From the NCBI RefSeq assembly GCF_006345805.1, contig NC_043013.1, positions 7,874,001-7,938,000 of the forward strand: DNA of 64,000 nucleotides, read 5' to 3'. Numbering within the stretch: the first letter of the stretch is position 1; each line of letters starts with the position of its first letter. The translations under genes were made by a program, and so were the position numbers. The notes beneath the pieces were generated by a model. The model had not been told where the DNA came from. It was given only the letters and a program-made list of their open reading frames with translations, and searched no databases. Of the stretch, positions 38,905 to 52,077 are shown in pieces. The DNA comes from Octopus sinensis (lineage: Eukaryota).

Positions 38905-39106
38905 CAAGCATGTTTCGAAGGCAGAGACAGAACACTAACCAATAGGCCTTCCTGCGAGAGAATTAAAATAAAATTCCAAGCAGCGGGGCAAAATGAGTAC
39001 GAACACGAACAGGATGTAACAATAAAACTGCAAAAATAAAAATACATGTACAAAAAATACAAATAATTACAAAACGAGAAAATAAAAAGAGAATGCATGT
39101 GTATAT

Positions 39107-39325
39107 ACGAAGAGGTACTGAAAATTTCTTGACTTTAAGTGTACTGTGAAAGGCCTGGTTAGAGGCCCAACATTTTGAGTTCTTTTACAGGGCTTAGGAA
39201 AACTGAAGGACTGCTGCAATAAATGTGTGAATCTGAGAAGGGGAAGATGTTCAATAAAATCATAATTAACTGATCTTCCTGTGTTTTCTTTTACCCAAAG
39301 CCAGGAACTTTTCAGCCTCCCCATC
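39107..39325. mobile_element. Mariner-derived MITE
   Basis: tacgaagaggtactgaaaatttcttgact ... agccaggaacttttcagcctcccc form degenerate TIRs. Confidence 0.6.
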
Positions 39326-40094
39326 TTATACATATGCAAACACACACATATGTGTGTATATATATACACACACACACACACACACTTACATGCATACATA
39401 AATATATACATACATACATATACACACACACACACACACATGAACAAGTGTGTGTGTGACTTAATGTTTGTTCTCCACACCCTCACTTGTCATCTGGTGT
39501 TGGTTTATTTACATCACCACAACTTAGTGGCGTGGCAAAAGATACTGATAGACTAAGTACCAGACTTTAAAAAAATGCAACTACCGGTGTTGATTTGTTT
39601 GATTAAACCCTATATGGCGATGCCCCAGCATGGCCACAGTGCAATGAATGAAACAAATAAAAGCCAAAAGGAGATAAAAGATACCATTTAGTCAAGTATA
39701 GAGTTTCTGCTAACTCCCAAGATAGGATTTACTTTGGAATTCAGAACTTCCTCAGATGAGCTATCTGGCATATTTGATTTGGTAACCTTTAATCTTCCAG
39801 CCCAGTTTGCTTTGAATAAGAATGGTGTTATTCCTTATCTTATTTGTCTGGATAAACACAAAGGTGATTTGCAAATAGAAATTAAGGTGATTTGTGGTCA
39901 ATAACAGTCCAACCCTCAGAAGCATACAGCAGCATACAGAGTAGTATAACAGCATACCATAATATTATATATACATACATATATATATATATATTATATA
40001 TATATATATATATATCTATACACACACACACATATATATATATACACATATATATATATGTATATATATATAAATACACACACATAGGTGTATG

Positions 40095-40133
<39 letters not shown>

Positions 40134-40138
<5 letters not shown>

Positions 40139-40342
40139 GAAATGAAGAAAATGCTGACAAATAATTGAAGTAATTTAAGTAATTTATTAGGTGAAAGTTC
40201 TTTTTACCGGTTGCGCATTTGTTATGCTTATCAAAATATTTTGATAAGCATAACAAATGCGCAACCGGTAAAAAGAACTTTCACCTAATTAAATTACTTA
40301 AATTACTTCAATTATTTGTCAGCATTTTCTTCATTTCCTTTT
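40134..40342. repeat. Near-perfect ~104 bp-arm palindrome with no spacer
   Basis: Centre tcaaaat|attttga at 40237/40238; one 1-nt indel between the arms. Confidence 0.95.
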
Positions 40343-40475
40343 TTATATATCACCACTCGTGTTCGACATCTCCCTTTTTTTAAATATATATATATATATA
40401 TATATTTGTATGTGTATGTATATGCATACATATATGCCTATATATTTATATTTATATGTATGTACATATATATGT

Positions 40476-43200
40476 ATCATCATCATCATTTAACAACTGT
40501 CATTGCCTCCGTGAAGCCCAACACTTGAAAGGAACTCAGCCACTTTGCCTCCTTCAGGTCCAATGCTCAAAAGGAACTCAACCAGTTTACCTTGTTGAGG
40601 CCCAACATTCAAATGATGTTCTTTACGTTCCCCTAGCATGGGTGCACTTGGCCTGACAGGTCTTCTCAAGCACAGCACATCGTCAAAGGTCTCGGTCACT
40701 AGTCATTGCTTCTGTGAGGTTCAAAGTTCGAAGATCATGCTTCATCACCTCATCCTATGTCTTCCTTGGACTACCTCTACCACAGGTTCCCTCTACAGTT
40801 AGAGACTGACACTTCTTTACACAGCTGTCCTCGTCGATATGCATCACATGGCCATACCAGCACAGTCGTTTCTCTTGCACGTCACATCTGATTCCACTTA
40901 TGCCTAACTTTGCTCTCAACATGCTTGCACTCTTTCAAAAATGCACACTGACATTGCATATCCAGCGAAGCATACTGACTTCTTTTCTCTCAATCCTACG
41001 CATGTCCTCAGCTGTTATGGCCCATCTCTACCATGCAGCATAGCTGTTTGCACACAGGCATCAAACAATCTGTCTTTCACTCTGAGAGAGAGGCCCTTTG
41101 TTGCCAGCAGAGGTAGGAGCTAACTGCACTTTGCCCAGCCTAATCTTATTCTCACAGCTACACATTCGGAGCATTCACCTCTGCTACTAACTTAGTCACC
41201 TAGATAATGGAAGCTAACAACTACCCCTAGCTTGCTCTCCTGGCAGTTGATGGAGTCTATTTTCTTTGGCTAGGTATTTCTGCCGAAGTTGCTTTACCAG
41301 AAATATAGCATCAGTGGTGCTTCTACCTTGCACAAAACCAAATTGCATCTCATCTAGACTAACTCTCTCTCTTTAATTAGTTGGGCCATGACTCTCTCTG
41401 TAACTTCCATCACCTGATCCAATGATTTGATACCTCTGTAATTATTTCTATCTGAGGCATCACCTTTACCTCTGTAGCAGTTGACTATGATGCTGCTACA
41501 CCTGTCATTAGGGATGACTCCTTCATGAACCACCTGATTTACAAAATGGGTGACTAGACCATAATTCACACCATATTTTAAGCATCTCAGTGGTGATTCC
41601 TGATGGGCCAGGGGCTTTCCCTGTTTTCATATCCTTAATTGCTTTATCTACCAGGGTACTGTTGATTCAGGTAGCTGGTCCCTCAATTAGGTCAACATTT
41701 GGCAGACTCTCCTCCTCCCATTCATTTTCCACATTTCATAATGGCACCTCCAACCTCTTTCTTTGCACACCCATGAAAAGCAAGTGCACCATCAGCCATA
41801 CAGATACATTTCTCTTGCATGGCACCACAATTTTTTCTCATATTTCAGTTCTTTGGTCCCCACATCACTAAACATAGGTAAACTTCTTTTCTGCTTCTCT
41901 TTGGCTAGATTTACCTGTCTCCTAGCTTCCCTTCTGGCTATCTATACAGTTCCCTGCAACCCCCACTCTTCCAGGCCTTCTAGACCTGTTTCTTTGCTCT
42001 AATGGCCCTGTCTGCAGTATTGTTCCACCACCATGTTACCCTAAGTCTGGAAGGGATTTTGCACCAGCCATAGATTTGGTCTGTGGCACTCAGCAAGCTG
42101 TCTTGCAGGATTTCTTAGCTGCCCTCCATGTCACAAGCTTGTAGCTCCTCTTCCCTCTCATCAAATTTCTCAATTAGGATGTCTCTAAAATCTCTGACCA
42201 TATGAAGGGTCCTTAAACTTCCAAATTCTTCTTTTCCAGATTGGTCTGCTTCTTGGCATCCTTCTAGCCTGGAGTTTAAAGTTACTAATGACTAGTCTAT
42301 GCTGGTGGGTACATTCTTTACCAGGGAGCATCTTTGTATTTAAGAGCAACCCTGCATCCCACTGTCTGATGAGAATGAAATTGATCTGGTTGGCAGTCAC
42401 CTGATTGATAGGTAATCAGATGGCTAGCTGGCTTCCTGAAGTTGGTGTTGCAGATCAAAAGGTTATTTGTATCACAGAACTCCAGTGGACTTGTTCCCTC
42501 TTTTTTTACTGGAACCAATTCCATGGCCCCCATGAATAGCATGGAAGATACCAGGCTGCCATCCGACATGCCCATTGAAACCCCCAGCCATGAAAATGAG
42601 ATCATTGTCATTTGTTTTTGAGGTAACCTGCAGAAGAATATCATATAAGTGGTCCATCTGTTCATTTGGTAGGCCCGCTTGTGGGGTGTAGGCAGATATA
42701 ATTGTAGCTATGCTATTCTGCAAGACTAGCCTGAGCTTAAGTACTTTATTGCAAACTCTGGCTATGTCTATGACCTCATCCACCCTTTTCTCAGCAAGAA
42801 GTATGCCTAAACCACCTACTCCATCACTGTTACCTTCCCACAAGATTTATACTTAAGTGTCTTGCCTGTGAGGAACCTGGCTGAAGCTCCTCTCCATCTT
42901 ACCTCTTGGATGCAACATACATCAACACACCTCCATTCAAACATCTCTACAATCTCATTAGACCTACATTTCAATGTGCCTACATTTACAGTACCAACTC
43001 TGAATACTGGGAAAGGGATGTCGGAGGGAACATGGGAAAGAGAGATGTTATTGAATGCCTGAAAAGACCGTTTCTGTGACCGTTTGATACTAGACATGTC
43101 ATAACAGTTGTTCTTGCTTTTAAGCTGTCATCATTCAAACATGTTAAAATTGTTGCCTTTACTGTGGTTGAGAGTAAGGTAAGCATTGTAAATATAAGTG
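40476..43200 (-). mobile_element. Decayed RTE-clade LINE (APE endonuclease and partial RT, internal deletions)
   Basis: RVGTVNVGTL...VDVCCIQEVRWRG...IISAYTPQAG...GGFNGHVG...HQHRLV (APE); IPNDRCSSIIVNCYRGKGD..DRNNYRGIK (RT N-terminal region); RLFDACVQTAMLHG; (GAT)n tail; RT catalytic core missing. Confidence 0.95.
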
Positions 43201-44669
43201 TTACCGCAGCAACAAATATAGATATAAATATGGAAATGTTAAATTAAGTAAGGTCTATATATATAGTGTGAAAGAGAGAGAGTGGGAGGGATAAGAGGAA
43301 GAAAATGGTTTGGAAGGGAGGGAGAAATGGAGATATGTAGGTCTTCTGGTGCAGATTTGAGGCAGAGCTCTGTGGGAGTTTTCAGTATAAGGGAAGAGAT
43401 TTCCGGCATAAGAGAAGTGATTATTGGTATACGAGAAAGGATTTCTGGTATTGGCGATGGGGGTGGGAAAGGTTAGGTGCATCATGAACAAGAAATGGCA
43501 GAAATGGCTAGCTTTACTACAAGAAAATTGAAATGGCAGCAAAGGGCAATAGTGAAGCAAAGAACAATAGAAGCTCATGAGTATTTAAAGGGGTCCGATT
43601 CTAGAAATTATTAGAGAAAGCAATGAATTATAGGTTACAAAGCTATTTCAATTCAAGAAATGACTAGCTTCGGCAGTGGGTGTATATTATAACACATACA
43701 CACACACACACACATAAATATATATATAAATATACACATATATATCTACCCATATATATCTAGTAAGTGAATTGCAACAGCTAATGCAGGCTTTTATTTC
43801 ATGAAGCTTTTTGAGGCATTGTGGGTAGTTGATTCTGCCACGTACTGTTAAGGGAAAATTGCACAGTGCATGGAAATAATCAGTAATTATCAATGTGGTA
43901 ACACGACAAGCAATAGATGCAGTTTGCTGATTAGTTCTTATACGATTTTTCAGTATACTTATACATATACATGCATAACTGCATGCATGCAGGCATGCAT
44001 ACGTACATACATATATACATATATATATATACATACATACATACATACATACATACATACATACATACATACATACACACATACAACTATATATATATGT
44101 ATAATGTATGCATGTATGTAGATATGCATACCTACATACATGCATATATATATATATATACATATATACATATACACACACATATATATATATATATAAT
44201 ATATATATTTATGTCTGTATAATGTATGCATGCATGTAGATATGCATATATACATACATACATACATACATACATATATGCATATATATATACATACATA
44301 TATATATATGTATGAATATATATATATATGAGTGTATATATATATGTGTGTGTGTGTGCATATATAAGTATATATATGTATATATATATATGTGTGTGTA
44401 TGTATGTATATATGTATGCATGCATGTGTATGCGTGTCGAATGACGAATCCTAGGACCAACTGTTCCGGGGAACTTGGTAATGCCACTTAGAATTAAGTA
44501 GCCAAAGGATTAATGCTGAGTGTGAGAATATTTTAAATTAGAACGGTGAGTCAAGTGAGTAGACATTTTGTTTACCCTGAAGAAAACATGCGAGATAAAG
44601 GGACTAATTTGACTGACTATTCCTTGTATACTTATTAGCAGAGTAAAGTGCATTACTACAAATAACTAT

Positions 44670-44995
44670 ACAGATGGTGATGATGATGTTGGTGGTGGTG
44701 GTGGTGGTGGTGGTGGTGATGATGATGTTTGTGGCAGTGGTGGCGGTGGTGGTGACGATAATGCTGATTATGATTGTGGTGGTGGTGGTGGTGGTGATGA
44801 GAATGATAATGATGGTGATGATGATGATGATGATGATGATGTTGGTGGTGGTGGTGATTATGATGATGATGGTGGTGGTGGTGGTGGTAGTGGTGGTGGT
44901 GATGATGATGATGTTTGTGGCAGTGGTGGCGGTGGTGGTGACGATAATGCTGATTATGATTGTGGTGGTGGTGGTGGTGAGAATGATAATGATGG

Positions 44996-45044
<49 letters not shown>

Positions 45045-45259
45045 ATAAAGCAAAGGGCGGGGTTAAAGGCATATAAAAAAAAAACAAGACAAATATGAGT
45101 AGATAAATAGGCCTGTCTGTGAAAAATGAAAAGATAGATGGAAAGATAGACAGGAAATAGATGGCAAAGTTAAGATAAAATTAAATTTAAAATGAGGGGG
45201 AAATAGATAAAGTGTTGAGTGATTCTGTACATAGATAGATAGGTAGATAGATAGATATG

Positions 45260-45317
<58 letters not shown>

Positions 45318-45319
45318 TG

Positions 45320-45382
<63 letters not shown>

Positions 45383-45385
45383 GTT
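44670..45385. repeat. (GGT/GAT)n compound repeat with an internal ~185 bp duplication, then (GATA)n
   Basis: atgtttgtggcagtggtggcggtggtggtgacgataatgctgatt occurs twice. Confidence 0.9.
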
Positions 45386-45819
45386 TCTTTATTAGACACA
45401 CAGGGCTGAACACAGAGGGGACAAATTACAAAGTAGAGCTTTTCTTTTTGGGGAGAAAAAAACGGGGGTTAGGTTTTCGATCAAAAGGAATTGTAAAAAA
45501 AAACGATCAATAAGGATCAATAGGTTAATAAAGAAACTTATCCATCCATCCATCCATCCATCCATCCATCTATCTATCTATCTATCTACCACAGAAATGT
45601 CATGATGTAAGGTAGATAGATAGATAGATAGATATGTTTCTTTATTAGCCACACAGGGCTGCACAAGATAGATAGATAGATAGAGGGACATATGATAATG
45701 ATGATGTCGAAGTAGTGTCCAGCCCCTGAGGGAGCAATCATGGCAGTGAAGTCAACACTTCCTTAACCCACAGCTACGACTGAGTTCAGACACAACACAA
45801 CACAGGCACACGCACGCGT

Positions 45820-45857
<38 letters not shown>

Positions 45858-46116
45858 GCACATACACTAAGATGCACATAGATGTACATATAAAAATAGA
45901 CACACAAGTAAATACATCCGTATAAAAACACACATGCACACACATACACGTATATATATTTATATACACATAGACACATTCAAATATATATATACAGGAA
46001 CACATATAAAAACATACATGCATATGCACTCACATATAAACACACATGCACACTTAGATGTGCATGCAAATATAAATATGTACATCTACATACTTTTATC
46101 CCTCCCTGTATACATT

Positions 46117-46172
<56 letters not shown>

Positions 46173-46199
46173 TGCACACACACACACATATACATATAT

Positions 46200-47083
46200 A
46201 GGGTGCGATGGGTAAATTGTTGCCATTTCGTATTTTTAATTTCGTGCATGCGCATTGTTTGTTTTTGATTTTGTCGACTACACAGTATGGTAGGGTCAGT
46301 TGAGCACCATCTGTGAGAGAAACAGCACCATGACGCAATTCACTCAGCCAGAAATTTGGAAACGACATGCTGTACTGCTTGGCATTTGTGCTGGAAACTC
46401 CAATATGAACACTGCAGAGTGTTGGGTGTCAATCTGAGGACAGTGCAATCTGAGGACATATACCGAGAGTGATAAAAATCAAACATCCAGTCAACATCAT
46501 GGTGTTTGAACTGATCGCTAGTGATGGCAACGTTATGCTTCCATTCATCTTCCCACATGGCCTCAGATTCAACATGGAGGCCTACATTAAGTGCCTAGAG
46601 GAGGTAGTGCTGCCCTGGGTCAAGAGGGTGGCTGTTGGAAGATCCTAGATCTGACAACAGGACTCTGCACCATGCTACACAAACAGAAGAATCCAGTCAT
46701 GGCTGTCAGACAATTTCTGCATCCAATTAACCCCTAACATCTGGTCATCTAACTCCCAAGACTGCAACCCCCTTGTTAATAAGTGTGGGGTGCAGTTGAG
46801 CACAAGACCAACAAAATTCCTTGCAACTCCCAAAGATGAACTGAAGGCAAGGACTATGGCAGCATATACCAACTTAAAGAAGGTGACCACCCAGAAGAGC
46901 TTTAGGAGATTCCGAAGTCATCTGGATGTCGTTTTTGAAGCCAATGGCGATTTTATTGAATAAATTTACTCTTTAGTATTTCAAGATATTTTTATGTAAT
47001 TTTGCTAAATATAAATTATTAAAATGAGATGTTGGTGTTATTTTCATTTTTGCGTAATTTAGATGACAGTTTATTCAGTACAC
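46200..47083 (+). mobile_element. Decayed maT-like transposon (second copy)
   Basis: Collinear with 13571-14404 including the TIR-like ends. Confidence 0.88.
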
Positions 47084-47084
47084 C

Positions 47085-47089
<5 letters not shown>

Positions 47090-47126
<37 letters not shown>

Positions 47127-47299
47127 ATGCATGTGTGTAGTTATATTTATAAATATCTATACATACATTCATATATGCATACATACATACATACCTACAT
47201 ACATACCTACATACATACGTACATACATACATACATACATACATACATACATACATACATACATACATACATACATACATACCTACATACATACATACA

Positions 47300-47330
<31 letters not shown>

Positions 47331-47950
47331 CATACATGCATACATACATACACACACACATACATACATACAACATACATACATACAACATACATACATA
47401 CATACAACATACATACATACATACATACATAATACATACATACATACACACATACACACATGCATACATACATACATATACATACATACACACATACATG
47501 CATACATACATACATACATACATACATACAACATACATACATACAATACATACATACATACATATACATACATACATACATACATACATACATACATACA
47601 TACACACACATGCATGCATATGTACATACATACATACATACATAAATACATTCATACATACATACATACATACATACACACACATACATACACCATACAT
47701 ACATACAACACACATACATACATACACACATACATTCATACATACATACATACATACATACATACATACATACATACACACATACATACACACATACATA
47801 CATACATACATACATACATACATACATACATACATACATACACACATACATACACACATACATGCATACATACATACATACATACATACATACATACATA
47901 CACACATACATACACACATACATACATGCATACATTCATACATACATACG
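47090..47950. repeat. (TG)n followed by a long (TACA)n microsatellite
   Basis: Direct reading; source of the 300-aa spurious ORFs. Confidence 0.97.
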
Positions 47951-48374
47951 TAATATAGAAACAGAGACAAAGAGAGACAGACACACACACAAATGCATAC
48001 ACATACCTATGTCCACACACGTATACATATGCACACGCATATAACTGTATGCGCATGTGTGCATGCATTTGCGTGTGTGTGTGCACGTGTGCACGTGTTG
48101 CTTTTTGTGTTGATTTTATTAAGGAATGCCTGCAGTAACAACATGAAAATCACGTACATAGAATATCGCATAAATGTCAAAAAATCCTCATAGATATTAA
48201 GTATGCATACGTGCATACATATAAATGCATATATACACAAATATATACACTCACTCTTTACACAAACACTTACAAGTACATGTGCAGGTGTGGAAACTCA
48301 CACACATGCAAAGATAGAAAAAATAGTTAACAAAAAATAGGTAAAGAAAAAAAAAAGAACTAAAATAACTAAAC

Positions 48375-48686
48375 TACTTAGGTGCAGGCATGGCTGTGTG
48401 GTAAGATGCTTGCTTCCCAACCACATGGTTTCAAGTTCAGTCCCACTGTGTACCACCTTGGGCAAGTGTCTTCTACTATAGCCTCAGGCTATAGTGAATT
48501 TTGTTGACAGAAACTGAAAGAAGCCTATTGTATAGGTGCAGAAGTGGCTATGTGGTAAGAAGCTTGCTTCCCAACCACATGGTCCTGGGTTCAGTCTCAT
48601 CTTGGGCAAGTGTTTGCTACTATAGTCTCGGGCCAACCAAAGCCTTGAGAGTGGATTTGATAGATGGCAGCTGAAGAAACCCAGCG

Positions 48687-48771
<85 letters not shown>

Positions 48772-49990
48772 TATATATACATATATATACATGTATTTGT
48801 GTGCTTGTATCTGTGTTTGTCCCCCATCCCATCGCTTGACAACCAATGTTGGTGTATTTATGTCCCCGTAACTTAGCAGTTCAGCAAAAGAGACTGATAG
48901 AATAAGCACTAGGCTTACAAAGTCCTGGGGTCAATTTGCTTGACTAAAGGCAGTGCCCCAGCATGGCTGCAGTGAAAATGACTGAAACAAGAAAAAGAGT
49001 ATATACATATATATATATACATATATATACCTACATGTGTGTACCGCTGTGTCTGTGTTTGTCCCCCACCACCCCTTGACAACTGGTGCCGGTGTGTTTG
49101 TGACCCTGAAACTTAGTGGTTCAGCAAAAGAAACTGATAGAATGAATACCAGGCCTAAAAAAAATAACACCTAGGATCGATTCATTTGAGTAAAAAATTC
49201 TCTAAGGTGGTGCTCTAGCATGGCCACAGTTGAGTGGCAGAAACAAAAGAATAAAAGATAAAAGATGGGAGATAAAACCAAGACAGAAAACCCACAATAA
49301 CATAGATGGGTCCTGGATAGGTAGCTCTCTCTTTACTCTTTACTCTTTTACTCTTTTACTTGTTTCAGTCATTTGACTGTGGCCATGCTGGAGCACCACC
49401 TTTAGTCGATCAAGTCGACCCCGGGACTTATTCTTTTGTAAGCCCAGTACTTATTTTATCGGTCTGTTTTGCCAAACCGCTAAGTGACCGGGACGTAAAC
49501 ACACACATATATATATATATATATACATATATACGACAGGCTTCTTTCAGTTTCCGTCTACCAAATCCACTCACAAGGCATTGGTCGGCCCGGGGCTATA
49601 GCAAAAGACACTTGCCCAAGATGCCAAGCAGTGGGACTGAACCCGGAACCATGTGGTTGGTTAGCAAGCTACTTACCACACAGCCACTCCTGGTAAATGG
49701 ATAAATCATTAATGATTTTATTCACTGTTTAATTATTAAGTTAATTGATAAATTGATAAACTAGGGAAGTAAATCGATGACTGAATATAGGTCAATGAAT
49801 GAAGAAATAAAAGAATATATAAAAAAAATGGAACAATCAGAAGAGCAGCAGGCATGGCTGTGTGGTTAAGATGTTTGTTTTGCTACCACATGATCATGGG
49901 TTCAGTCCTACTGCATGGCACTCTGTTATAGGTCAGGCCTGACCAATATCTTCTGAGTGAATTTAGTAGATGAAACTGAAGAGTTTGTCA
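48375..49990. mobile_element. Cluster of about five SINE family A copies in both orientations
   Basis: Heads at ~48380, ~48535 and ~49850 (+); second module at ~49030 (+); full copy 49330-49692 (-). Confidence 0.85.
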
Positions 49991-50006
49991 TATATATATA
50001 TATAAG

Positions 50007-50052
<46 letters not shown>

Positions 50053-50086
50053 AGTAAATATAATGTTTTGTTGTTGAGATAGGTTC

Positions 50087-50184
50087 TCTTTCTTTCCTGA
50101 TGAGAAGATTACATTATTTTACACCGTTTATTCCTTTGGAATAAAACCAATGTTGTCTTCGAAACATATGTCGAAAGTAAAAGA
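50087..50184 (+). ncRNA. Canonical type I hammerhead ribozyme (PLE/retrozyme-type)
   Basis: CTTTC(50092-96)-CTGATGA(50097-103)-stem II GAAGATTACATT/AATGTTGTCTTC-GAAA(50161-64)-C-ATAT-GTC(50170-72)-GAAAG(50173-77); all core nucleotides conserved; palindromic stem III ACATATGT. Confidence 0.88.
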
Positions 50185-50375
50185 ATTTGAATAACATCTG
50201 CGTTCAGCTCCATTTATTTACTTATACTATACAAATGACTGCACATTAACCCGGAGTTTCTACCTTTGAGTAGGTCGCTACATCCTTGCTACTTGTGTGA
50301 ATTTTGCTACCCTGGTGACTGTTTATTGAATTTTCCATGTTAACGGTAAACAAAGGATAATTCATTCATCCATTT

Positions 50376-50411
<36 letters not shown>

Positions 50412-50520
50412 TTATATATAGAGTTAATCCAAACAAGAAAACACAAAAAAACACAACAACGCAAGGACGTGGAAGAAATATAGTATTATTGGATGCTCAG
50501 GAAAGAAGGGAAGAAGGAGG

Positions 50521-50555
50521 GTTTAACGTTTCGAGCGGATCTCTTCGTCGGAAAC
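50521..50555 (-). ncRNA. Minimal type I hammerhead motif with U4C
   Basis: Reverse complement GTTT-CCGACGA-A-GAG-atccg-CTC-GAAAC-GTT-AAAC; stem I GTTT/AAAC; ACGT palindrome intact. Confidence 0.65.
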
Positions 50556-50615
50556 ATAGGAGAAGGAAAGATCCAGAGAAGGGAAGTCAGAGGAAAAAAA
50601 ATCGCCAACGGTACA

Positions 50616-50741
50616 CACGAGGTCACATTTTGAAAGACCAGAAGGAGAAAGGGTGAAGAAAGATGTTTTCCTACTCTTCTGTCTTTGAAAACATCTTTCT
50701 TCACCCTTTCTCCTTCTGGTCTTTCAAAATGTGACCTCGTG
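50616..50741. repeat. Perfect 55-bp inverted repeat with a 16-nt loop
   Basis: 50616-50670 is the exact reverse complement of 50687-50741. Confidence 0.97.
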
Positions 50742-51519
50742 ACAAGCGAATGTAGGAGGGGGAATGTGTGTGTAAGTGTGGATGTGTGCGTGCGCGGAGG
50801 TCTGCGTGTGCGTGTGTGTGTGTATGTGTGCAATGATGACACGTGTGTGTGTGTGTGCGTGTGTGTACGTGTGTGTGTGGTTGTAGCAGTAAACAACAGG
50901 CTAGTAGCTGGCTAGTTTGTAAGAATAAGGAGTGGTTTTTTTTTCTCTGCCACAGGTCAGTACAATGAAGTATGTGTGTGTGTGCGTGTATGTATATGTA
51001 TCGTGTGTGTGTTTTGTTTGTAGTGTGTGTGTGTGATACATACATACACATATCATCATCCTCATTGCTTAACATCTTCCTTCCATGCAGGTATGGGTGG
51101 GATGTATATATATATATACACACACATATATATATATATTAATTTTAAAAAAAACAGAATAAGAACATAACAGATGACAACAAAAACATACGGACAGACA
51201 GACAATACAAAGACAGACAAGAAAAGCCAGGTTGGAACATTTATGACTTTCTTTCATCAGTCAAGCTTCCAATCATCCTTACAGTTTCAGCCTGTTATAC
51301 TTGAGACTGTTCAAAATTGGTAGGCCCTAAAAATCTAAGCTAAGGGCATTAAATTTTGGGAAGAAAGCGAGCGAATACATGCAACAACACAGACAAATAA
51401 TTGAGAAAAAGGAGAAAATGTTACACAATTACAAATACAAACAACAAGAACACACATATAACAAACTCCCCTGTTGATTTCAACATACGAGGGCTTGGAG
51501 GCTTAGTATAATCATTATT

Positions 51520-51880
51520 ACTTATGTTTGTGTCTCTGATGTGAATTTAATCCAGCTAAAGATTTACAAGATTGTCCATCCACCCTGAGGACAGGACACA
51601 ACTCTTACAATGTTCTGCTAGGATCGCATTTCTGTATTTTACCCCAGTTCTCTTTCCTTGAAGATGAATCAATAATTGACTTTTGAAGTTCTGAATTGCT
51701 TCAAAACAGTTTGATCTTCATTTGCATCACACTTGAGCGAGTTCTTTAAAGTAAACTAGAGAAACAACCGCATGTTTGAGGTTTTTCCCTCAGTTTGTCC
51801 TTAAAGCGAAGCCAGGGCCTCCCAACATTTCTTTTAATCCTTATCAAGCTGGTGGTACAAAAGCTACTAGGAATCCTATC
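51520..51880 (-). mobile_element. RTE LINE ORF C-terminal remnant
   Basis: Minus strand gives GRPWLRFKDKL and ...CKSLAGLNSHQRHK, resembling the RTE terminal zinc-finger-like motif. Confidence 0.55.
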
Positions 51881-52077
51881 TACACACATGTGCACGATAT
51901 GTCCTTCCTATATGTACAGATCATTGTGTCTGTGTCTTTGCGTATGTGTTTGTCCTCTGCCACTGCTTAACAAATGGTGTTGGTTTGTTTATGTCCTTGT
52001 CACTTAGCAGTTTGGCAAAAGAACTGACAGAATAAGTTCCAGACTTTAAAAAAAAAAACAAGCACGGTGGTCAATAT

